Below, one piece after another: positions 55,091 through 64,000 of a DNA stretch of 64,000 bases (the first letter of the stretch is position 1; every line of letters begins with the position of its first letter). The notes under the pieces are model-generated. The model saw only the letters and a list, made by a program, of their open reading frames with translations. It was not told the DNA's origin and ran no database searches. The stretch is from Tubiluchus corallicola (taxonomy: Eukaryota; Animalia; Priapulida), in NCBI GenBank assembly GCA_030141605.1, contig JAQGDQ010000076.1, positions 496,001 to 560,000 on the forward strand, in the 5' to 3' direction. Position numbers and translations under genes: made by a program.

Positions 55091-55959
55091 GACGTAATTA
55101 CTATTTGCTAGACGTCGCGACTCTTTCAGGAGAAAAATTATTATAAGCTGAAAATTTACTAACATTTTTTTCAGAAAGTTTTCGGTAATATCGTCTCGTA
55201 GAATCACTGCTCTTATTAAAATGAGGTGAACATTAAGATTAAAATTTTAGCATTAAATATAATTTTTAGTATTAAAATGTCTTGCAACGCACTTTTCTAA
55301 TGCCAATAAGTAACTATAAGAAAAAAGCTGCATTGTATGCTTGGGCTTAAGCTAAAACAAAAAGTGAAAAACGAAAGAATCTACTTTGCTTTTATCAAAT
55401 TAGGCTTCTTGGTACATTATAAGTTTCTGTAATCAATACGCCGGTTGTTTGTTGTAGTCCTTGAAACGGAGCAGAGGATTTCCGACTGTTTTGCATATCA
55501 ATTTGATATTAATGTTTTATCGAGAGGCACTTGTATCGTATTGTTATTAAAGTGCTTTTTCCACCTTGTGAAGGAGATGCTGTTGTTGTTGTCACAAAAC
55601 TAATCGTTTGGCATCACCCCATTCGGTAAGAAACACCAGAAAGTATTGAAAAATATGTATGTTGGCCTGAAATATGATGCATGCATTCAAACATAACTTT
55701 GCTACGCTTTGACAGTAGGGTACCTGCATGTTAGTCGACAAAACAGATATACTTTGTTCACAATTCCTAAAAGATATGGCCCTTGTGAGCTGGTAACAGT
55801 CATCTTGTCGATTATCGATGGATAATTTTCGATTGGCTCCATATCCAAAGTTAATCAACTGGATGGATTTTAGCATTGTGCAAAATTTCGTGCCTTTAAG
55901 GCAAAATGAGTAATTCCCTAATTTTGTGGAACATTTGCAGTCATCTTGAAATGGGATCA

Positions 55960-56235
55960 TATTTTAGGGGCATTTATGAATTAGATAATTATGGATTCCT
56001 TGACCTTGAGAACCTCTGTTGAGACACCAAAATCATTATCATGTATGCTCTGATAGCCAAGATATAACCCTTATATAACAGTCATGTAGTCGGCCATCTT
56101 GAAAATTGCGGTCATATTGGACGAAGTTGGATTCACTTCATAATCAAAATTGGTCACCTTAATGAGCTCTAACTGTGCAAAGTTTCATGCTTTTGAATCA
56201 AAATGAGCATTTTTCACCATTCTGGTAGACTAAAT
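55960..56235 (+). mobile_element. Probable non-autonomous interspersed repeat fragment (DNA transposon/Helentron-associated type)
   Basis: Motifs CGGCCATCTTGAA, TTGACCTTGA and TGCAAAGTTTCATGCTTT, recalled as common in marine-invertebrate non-autonomous elements. Fragments of similar style occur at about 5100-5610, 40735-40830 and 57365-57620. The family is not verified. Confidence 0.35.
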
Positions 56236-56462
56236 ACCCATTTATGTTGGTCAAGTGGTCATCTTTTTGACGCCTAATTTGGATATGTTATTCTCTGGAC
56301 CAAATACTACAAGAAAACACCAAAAAACGGTTTCTTGCAATTTCTTAGGGGCAAGTCAGCAAATTTGACCCAACAAGAATGGTGGTAAAAAATACTGTTA
56401 CAGTAGCTTGTAATCGATTTTTCAGTGTTTTAATTGTGATGTTTTTTTTACAATTTCTGTAG

Positions 56463-56621
56463 TTCTGTCCGGCATCTGAGGTATCGGACAAGACCAAGTT
56501 TCCTACTTTTGCTCGGACAAGACCTCCTGCGTCGCAGATATCTGAATCAGTAGCCACACTTCTTCATCGATTCGATTGGACGAACGTCGTTATTTTAAAC
56601 AATGATGAGGAAAATTTTGCT
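56463..56621 (+). CDS. Receptor guanylate cyclase exon 2
   Basis: Acceptor tttctgtag. Encodes FCPASEVSDKTKFPTFARTRPPASQISESVATLLHRFDWTNVVILNNDEENFA, including the SDK..FPTF.RT.P ANF-receptor motif. Donor GTAAGA at 56622; phase 0-0. Confidence 0.93.
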
Positions 56622-57094
56622 GTAAGATAAAATTTTATACAGTACGGCATAATACAGTACAAAAGTTGAAGAAAAACAGGAAAGTGAAAGGAAAAATTCT
56701 GAGACAGCGAGACAGAGACACAGAGAGAGAGAAACAGAGAAAAAATTTGATAAATGAGAGAGAGAAAGAGAGAAGGGGTGAGAGAGATGAAATGAGGGAA
56801 ATAGGAAAGAAACTAGAATAATTTAATTGCTAATTTTCAATTTTAGTTACCTTACACAATCACATTAAGTTAAATACGCACGGTGTTGATCACATCGTTT
56901 TTAGTACGACATTAGAATAGTGTGATGAGATGAACCTGATGAACCACATGCGTACACGACTGCTAGCTCACCGTGTGTCATACTTAATGAAGCTTCATTG
57001 AAGAACCCCTAATGTTTGTTATGGAGCCTAATTAAGCTATTATTGGGCTCATTATTTCCGATTTCTTATCTTACACGTTTTACTGCATCATTAG

Positions 57095-57239
57095 GATTTG
57101 GCATCTGAAACAGAAAAGACGCTGATACAATCTGGAATAGATGTAGCAGATCGTCGGGTGTGGAGGGGGAATTACTACCATAACTACATGGAAAACCCAT
57201 TCGTTCATTTGGTAGATGACACTTATTCCTTAACTAGAG
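57095..57239 (+). CDS. Receptor guanylate cyclase exon 3
   Basis: Acceptor cattag. Encodes DLASETEKTLIQSGIDVADRRVWRGNYYHNYMENPFVHLVDDTYSLTR. Donor GTATGT at 57240; phase 0-1. Confidence 0.88.
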
Positions 57240-58299
57240 GTATGTAAATATGTAAGGAATTATGATGAGAATTGTCAGGGAGAGATATCGGTAATGGCAG
57301 CGATGGCAACAACTAACAGCAGCAACAACAGCCGCGGCGTCCATGATTATTCAGCGTACCTAAATGTTTGCCTATCTGTTCGAACATCAGATGAATCTCC
57401 AGAAAATGGCTAACCCGAACTTGATTTACTATGTACCTGATTTGTCTCTCATAACTATGGAGGGAACAAATGTCTGAGGCCAAGGTCAAAGTAAAATAAC
57501 ATTTAGAAATGATTCACGGTTACATGTCACTGAAGTTGAATGAAACTGAATGTTCACCAAGAGACCCTTTTTACTTGGTGTAAAGAAAAAAGATCAAGAC
57601 CAGTGGTCAAGGTCACATAGTTAACTTAAGTTAGGACTAAATACAAGTGTGCTAAATTACTTCCAACTTTGTTAACTATTGGGGTTTAGATGTTGTTTTT
57701 TAATATAGACGAGTTTTTCTGGACAGTTGCGTTGTGATTGTTCTATTGACAATCACAAGACTTGATATGTTGCTTGTGCGCAAGAAAAGTCTTTTAAGCT
57801 GACACACTAAAGTTGTTGTAGTTATCATCATCGCTATAGCTATTGTTGGATAGAATAATTTAACTGTAATTGCTGAGGCCGTTGTTATTGATATTGGTAG
57901 CGATCATTGTCATCATAATCATTGCGGTGGATGTGACATCACTGACGCTAAATTGCTATTGCTGTTGTCATCGACGCTGCCAATTCTGCCATTCTGAATG
58001 GTTGTTAATCGAAAATGCGGTTGCTGCTTCAAACCATAGAAGCCAAATTCCATTAAAATGAGTTTTAATGATTCTGCTACTAGATTTTTTTATTAGTTTC
58101 GATTTATTATTTAGCTCTCTTGTACAAACATACACATTATATACATTGTCAAATTATATGCACACATTTCGAAACAGCAATAACAATAATACGTTGACGA
58201 AAGGTTAGTAAAAACCAACATCGGGACGAGGAGCACCGTAAGCTTTCGTGTCTCACACCGGGGTTGTGGCAAGCATCAGTGCAGAAGTAATCTGAAATT

Positions 58300-59700
58300 T
58301 AGTGAACACGTTCAAAGACAAACATGAAAAATGGTATTAAAAGGCAAACAACATGCAAGTAAATTTAAAATGATGATACTAATGATATACAGGAAAATTG
58401 TACAGGTCAAAGAAATACCGAGACAAAAGATGGTCAAAAAATATACTTTTTAAATAAGCGCATTGGATAGTTTTTGACAACAGTGGGTGTTTGTGCCCAC
58501 AGTGGGATACTGGTGTATGAGTGGTTACGATGACTATAATTAGTATGAATAGCAGCAGAATTGTAAATGGTAACCGCCTTATAAGTGTAATTGCTGTGAA
58601 TTTGTTCAACGGGTATCAAAAAGTCCCGAAAAGCTGGAATAAGCAGATTATGAAAATATTTATACATAAATAATAAGTACTCACAATGATACAATTCAAA
58701 ATTCTTAAAAACTATGTGTGTAATACACATGATTGCGATTTGTTAGTAGTGGATATCTAAATATTACTCTAATACATGTATTTTGGCTGAACCGTAGCAC
58801 AATAGTTCGTAATATAAAAATGGATATACAGTAGCAAAAAGAGATTTTGATAAGGGGAGCAACATTAGGATAATGGCTTATTTTATACAATGCACCTGAA
58901 GCTTGCGCTAGTTTGGTTTTAACATAGTTAACATAAATGAAGCCGCGATATTTTATCATCTATTCCAAATTAAAAGATAATCTATTAGTGTAAAACCAAC
59001 TGCTTAATTTAGGAATTTCAGTACTGAATACGTTTTGTATATTTGCTAATGACAGACCTGCATAAAAAATGTCGTGTCATCAGCAAAAAGTGTGAAGTTT
59101 AACAAGCTTAAAATGTTTGGCAGATTATTCACAAAAACAAGAAATAACAATGGTCAGGGGATTGACCTCCGGGGTACACCACATTTAACTGACTTAGGGT
59201 TAGACCATACACCATTTTTTTCAACAATCTGGGTTCTGTGATACAGGTATTTTTTAAACCACAGCAAATCAGTATTTTTTATACCATAATGATTTATTAT
59301 TTCTAAAAGAATGTCAAAACCGGTAGTATCAAAAACCTTAGTTAGGTCAATAAACAAGCCAAAAAATAGTATTTTATTGTTTAGTGCTTCATAGATGCGA
59401 GCAGGGATTTCAAAGAGAGCAAACTGTGTACTATGAGACTCGCAAAAGCCAAACTGAAAGTAAAACAGGATATTATTTTCATTAAGAAATTTTGTAAGAT
59501 CATTAAATACAAGCTTTTGTAAGATTTTTGAAATTGTTTTCATTAAGAAATTTTGTAAGACGATTAAATACAAGTCTTTCTGAGATTTTTGATACTGTGA
59601 GACAATATAGAAATAACAGAAGCAATTCTCGTCATAATTAATTAGGTTTGAAATATGTCAAATAGAAGATGCCACAATATTGGGTCTATTGATTTGGTTA
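58300..59700 (-). mobile_element. Decayed LINE RT fragment in guanylate cyclase intron 3
   Basis: ORF 59154-59573 carries QFGF..SHST..AL, FIDLTKVFDT and CGVP. LFADDT is read at about 59072-59090 on the minus strand, and KLAQASGALYKI further downstream. A 60-bp tandem duplication lies at about 59476-59598. Confidence 0.88.
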
Positions 59701-60859
59701 GTGAGTGCATGTTTCAAGATAACTTGTTATTCAAGTTTGTATGGATAACTAGTGGTTGTTGCTGAATTGGATCTGATTCATATTTGCTATAGCAAATGTT
59801 AAAATTTCGTTCAAACTTTCTTTTTATTGCTGTGCATCTGATCACGCCAGACCAGGTTTAAGAAAACAGGAAATCCAAATTCTGTGACAGTTCCTCCTGA
59901 TGACTCCTACTGGTGTGGTGTAACTGAGGTGTATTGTCTTGACAAGTGAATTGTTCTTTGATTTACTAGTTTTCAGTCGTTTTGAGACTGAATACGTAAC
60001 CTATGCTATCACTGAATTCTACTCGCGTATGACTGACAACAAATTTTTGCTCGATTACAGTTCGTAGAAATAATATGCTTTTAGCTGATAAGTTTTTTGC
60101 CAAACAAAAGAGAAATGTTTCAGGATAATGTCAGCAAAATTACGCAAAGTAATTAATAATTGCGCAAGAGTCCCTAATGTGTGATTAGACCAGATTTCTA
60201 GACAAAGCCAAGAGCGTTAGTAATAATTTGAAAGTATTACGTGGAAGCTAATCCAAAAAAGGGACAACCTAATATGGGCAAACGCGGAATGCCCGCTCGA
60301 CTATGAACTGTGTGTCCGATTCGACCTACTTTACCAAACAGGGTCTATGATGCTTTTTCCATCTTTTACGTCCATCATAAAGGGAGGACGTCGTTGTGAG
60401 CATTTATATAGTACATTTTGTCACTTACTTGTTTGTCTGTAGTGATTCCTGCTAAGAGAGAGGAATTATTGAGTGGTAACAGTGCGCTTGCCAGACTCTA
60501 GAAAGTTGCTTCTGGACTCGTACTGTCTCTGGTCATTTTTCTCGCAGAGACTATATAATCGTTCACATACAAATGTAATTAAGACACTTTTGCCAGTTTA
60601 GTTACAACAATTAACACTAGTTCGTAGCAGTTATATTTGAATGTCACTTCTCCCACTAATGTAGGACTTTTTGTATAAAAAGTAGCAACACCTTATTTGA
60701 AATACAGGTATGGTTTTTTTTGGGATTTAACTGTGCAGCACATTTCATCCACGCGTAGAAAATATACAATGTTTGCAGCGTCTTTCTAGTTCAAGATACA
60801 ACCTCTAAACTGTTTGTTTTTTGTTACACATTACACACGTAATTTTTCTTTCGTTCTAG

Positions 60860-61006
60860 TATATGTAGTTATTGGACACTCGTACGAATATATAGGACTA
60901 ATGGCCTATCTTGACGAAAAAAATCTGCTGAGAAACGGTGCGTTTTTTGTCATTGGAATTCATGATGAGTACTACAGTGAAGAAAAGCCAGACGGATATA
61001 TAAAAG
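60860..61006 (+). CDS. Receptor guanylate cyclase exon 4
   Basis: Acceptor tttcgttctag. Encodes (V)YVVIGHSYEYIGLMAYLDEKNLLRNGAFFVIGIHDEYYSEEKPDGYIK. Donor GTAAC at 61007; phase 1-1. Confidence 0.9.
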
Positions 61007-61089
61007 GTAACGTATACTCGCCGTTCCGTACACTCCGTAAGGGAAGGTTGTGGAGAAATCTGTGTACTGGCGCAATTGAATTCAAACTC

Positions 61090-61320
61090 AGGACGGGCTT
61101 TGCTCTGAGAATTTACCTAACAATAGCCGTACAGTCGCAATCAGGTGAAAGAAGTTTTTCTAAACTAAATCTGATTAAATATAACATAAAACATATCTAC
61201 GGTCAATAATTTTTGATATCTATAGAAAATGGCTAGCTATAGAAAATGACATTACAAAAACCATTGATTTTGCAATGATTTTGAAAGATTTCTAGGATAA
61301 AAAGCCAAAAAAGTCTGTTT
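61090..61320 (+). mobile_element. hAT transposase C-terminal dimerisation-domain remnant (ZMYM1-like type)
   Basis: ALRIYLTIAV...SGERSFSKLNLIK followed by LAIENDITKTIDF..ILKDF*DKKPKK, matching the hAT ERSFSKL motif and the typical C-terminal tail. Confidence 0.85.
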
Positions 61321-62261
61321 TAGGAAGGCCTGTGCACAAACTGTATGTTAGTAATTATCTTGACTTGGAATAAAGCATTAACACCAGGCCCTTCATATGG
61401 GCTTTCAGTTAGTCACAATGAAAATCATTGTGGTTAATGGAAGAGCCTCAAGTCCTCAGCGCTTTTTGACTGGGACTGTCGTACTACACGATGGATAAAA
61501 CGTCAACCTTCAGCATTTGCAATGTAGAGGGCCCCACTAACAATATTTTAATTGTGCCCGGCACTTCCCTGCGCTGGCTCTGAGGACTGCTTTTCTACTG
61601 TAGTAGTAGTTGAATCGTCCCAAAAACCACTTCAATGTAAATTAGTAGTTTTTGTTAAATTTTTCGGGAAAATTTTTTATCACCAATTAGGGTTCAAAGT
61701 ACACTTTTCACAACAGTCTTTCACCTGTCATCAGTCACAGTGACAATATCTCGAATTCCTTTTTGCGCCAGTGAGCGACATTATTATGACGACTGAAGGA
61801 CAAAATCGATGATTTTCCTTGTAGTTCAAAAATCTTCTTTGAAACTTTTTAGTAAAAAAAAACAATACCAAAAAAATAAGAAATACGAAATTGGCTGACA
61901 GGCCATTTGGATCAAATTAGCAAGCGTTGTATTTAAACTTGACCATGATATTAGACTTGCAGTCCACTGAAATGTCCCTAGCGCAAGTCATTTCATTCTT
62001 TTCTGTTAAGTTGGTTCCAGATATTTAATAATTGTATAAAAAGTCCTTACACTTATACGATTCAAAAAGTGGTCAGTGTAGATTTTCCACTTCACAATAG
62101 AAACTTGATAAACATTAAAGATTTGTCTTAAGCAAACGTTTTGCGCACGTCGATTAAAACCGTTTAAAACAGGAAGAAACGAAATTAAATTTAGTACATC
62201 CACATAACATTAATAGGCTATATTACGTACAGTACTTTTTATTAATTTTACACTATTTTAG

Positions 62262-62452
62262 GCATTTTTGATCAGTTTCCGGACGCGAACACCATCAACG
62301 CGTTTCGATTCTACATGGGCGTGGCAATCTCCCCTCCGACGCACGAAAACTATGAGAAGTTTTCGGAAACGGTCAACGTTTACCTAGAGAAGCCGCCATT
62401 TAACTTTGTGAACCCTTTCAAGATGTTCGGAATTGCTAATAAGCACATAAAG
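62262..62452 (+). CDS. Receptor guanylate cyclase exon 5
   Basis: Acceptor tattttag. Encodes (G)IFDQFPDANTINAFRFYMGVAISPPTHENYEKFSETVNVYLEKPPFNFVNPFKMFGIANKHIK. Donor GTAGAA at 62453; phase 1-0. Confidence 0.88.
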
Positions 62453-62470
62453 GTAGAATGTGTTTACGCT

Positions 62471-62473
<3 letters not shown>

Positions 62474-62554
<81 letters not shown>

Positions 62555-62579
62555 TTCTATCTATCTATCTCTCTCTCTC
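62474..62579. repeat. (CT)n microsatellite in guanylate cyclase intron 5
   Basis: Directly visible. Confidence 0.97.
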
Positions 62580-62887
62580 ACCTTTTTCTCTTTCGCTGTC
62601 CGTGTCTCTTTTCAGATTTCCTTTATTGCAATTGTAAGAAAAGCTTTAAATCAATAATTTCTTACAAAAATTAAAATGACAAGCAAGTAACAGTTATAGC
62701 GTTTCTTTAACACACAAACCATCATTTTACCTTTGTTATAAATTCGTTAAATAAACTGCTAGGTTTATTCATTTCTGATGTACGACACTTATAATTTGTT
62801 ATTAAACTAGGTTAATCAATTAAAAACTGATTCGTAATAACGAATTGTCAATAATGCCTGTAATATTTTATTTATTTCTTCCTTTAG

Positions 62888-63023
62888 TTGCGCCCGGAAG
62901 CGGCGTACCTTAACGATGCGGTTTATCTGTACGCATATGCCGTCACGCAAGCCAGAAAAAACGACGAAGATCCGACAAGTGGAAAAATACTTATCAAGCA
63001 CATGAAGGGACATTCGTTTAGGA
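62888..63023 (+). CDS. Receptor guanylate cyclase exon 6
   Basis: Acceptor tttcttcctttag. Encodes LRPEAAYLNDAVYLYAYAVTQARKNDEDPTSGKILIKHMKGHSFR, with the AAYL.DAV.LYA.A motif. Donor GTATAT at 63024; phase 0-1. Confidence 0.9.
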
Positions 63024-63640
63024 GTATATAACCTTTAAAGTGCACATCCTGTAAAATCAGAGATAAAAATTAACTTTGCAATATTTTTCTACCTGTTACA
63101 AAACTCATGTCAGATACTTTACTGTACTTACAGTTGTTAATGTTTATTGATTTGATTATTAATAAATTGCCGCATGTGTTAGCTCTAATTCTCTAAACAT
63201 ATCAATGTCACTGTTGTCTCAAGACGGCTGCATTTTGTCTTTGAACATAAACGAATATCGATTTTCTCTTTACTAATTAGAATATAGTAGCACATTGACC
63301 GATATTAATTATTCCCGCGAGTTTTCCCAGTGGTTCGTTTTATTCAGGAATCACGCCGTTTATCCGCAACACCTGTTAGTCTTTTTCTCCTTTTTATATT
63401 GACTTCCTTCATTCATATTAATTGTTCAAGAAAGGCTACAAAAGTGTTTGAAAAGTTGTCCCGAACTCCAAAATTTTGGGGTTCGAGTTCTGGTTTACTT
63501 TTTTTAAGTTTTCTGTTGTATTTTGTTCTTATGAAAGTGTTTTTTCAGAGTTATTTTTCTGTGGAATTCCTTTTTAAGAATTTGTCCAGCGCATATATTT
63601 TTGGTTGTTAATGTACATGTTCCATTTTTTTCTCTTACAG

Positions 63641-63801
63641 GTGCCAATGGATACGAAACGTACATGGATGAAAACAATGACGTCATTGGTAACTTTACTG
63701 TGATCTCATTGGGCGAAGATGAACAAGGAAAGCCTGGGTTATTTCCAATAGGAACATTCCATAGGAAAACAAACAAGGACATCTCCCAAAAGTATCACTA
63801 C
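63641..63801 (+). CDS. Receptor guanylate cyclase exon 7 (gene continues beyond the window)
   Basis: Acceptor tttctcttacag. Encodes (S)ANGYETYMDENNDVIGNFTVISLGEDEQGKPGLFPIGTFHRKTNKDISQKYHY, with the G....D.N.D..GNFTV motif. Donor GTAAGC at 63802; phase 1-0. Confidence 0.9.
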
Positions 63802-64000
63802 GTAAGCAACTCCCATGCATAATTATTTTCTACATCTCTATTCAGAGACGTGTAACAGTAGCACATGAAGTCATGTTGAGTTAAGTACATGACAAACTGT
63901 GACATGCACAAAGTTATAAATATATTATTAGTTGTAGAAGTAGTAAAAGCGTTTCTGCAGAGAGCACTTTGGGTAATCTCTTTTAGCTCATGTGTGCTAT

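Overview
AT-rich, microsatellite-rich animal DNA with spliceosomal introns; an invertebrate, probably a lophotrochozoan (inference). Three protein-coding genes can be reconstructed, all on the + strand. (1) An NGF/neurotrophin-family precursor: a short upstream exon, 21326-21349, and the main exon, 21876-22628. (2) A complete three-exon MyoD/MRF bHLH gene, 29019-37468, 322 aa. (3) The first seven exons, all extracellular domain, of an ANF-receptor-type membrane guanylate cyclase (Gyc32E-like), 49820-63801, which continues past the window. The rest holds decayed LINE and hAT fragments, a 5S rRNA pseudogene, a 1.1-kb intronic inverted repeat, minisatellites and many microsatellites. The most notable observation is that the neurotrophin gene and MyoD are direct neighbours 6.4 kb apart, matching the chromosomal pairing of their vertebrate paralogues. 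No prokaryotic features or CRISPR arrays were seen. All calls come from reading the sequence by eye; no searches were run.
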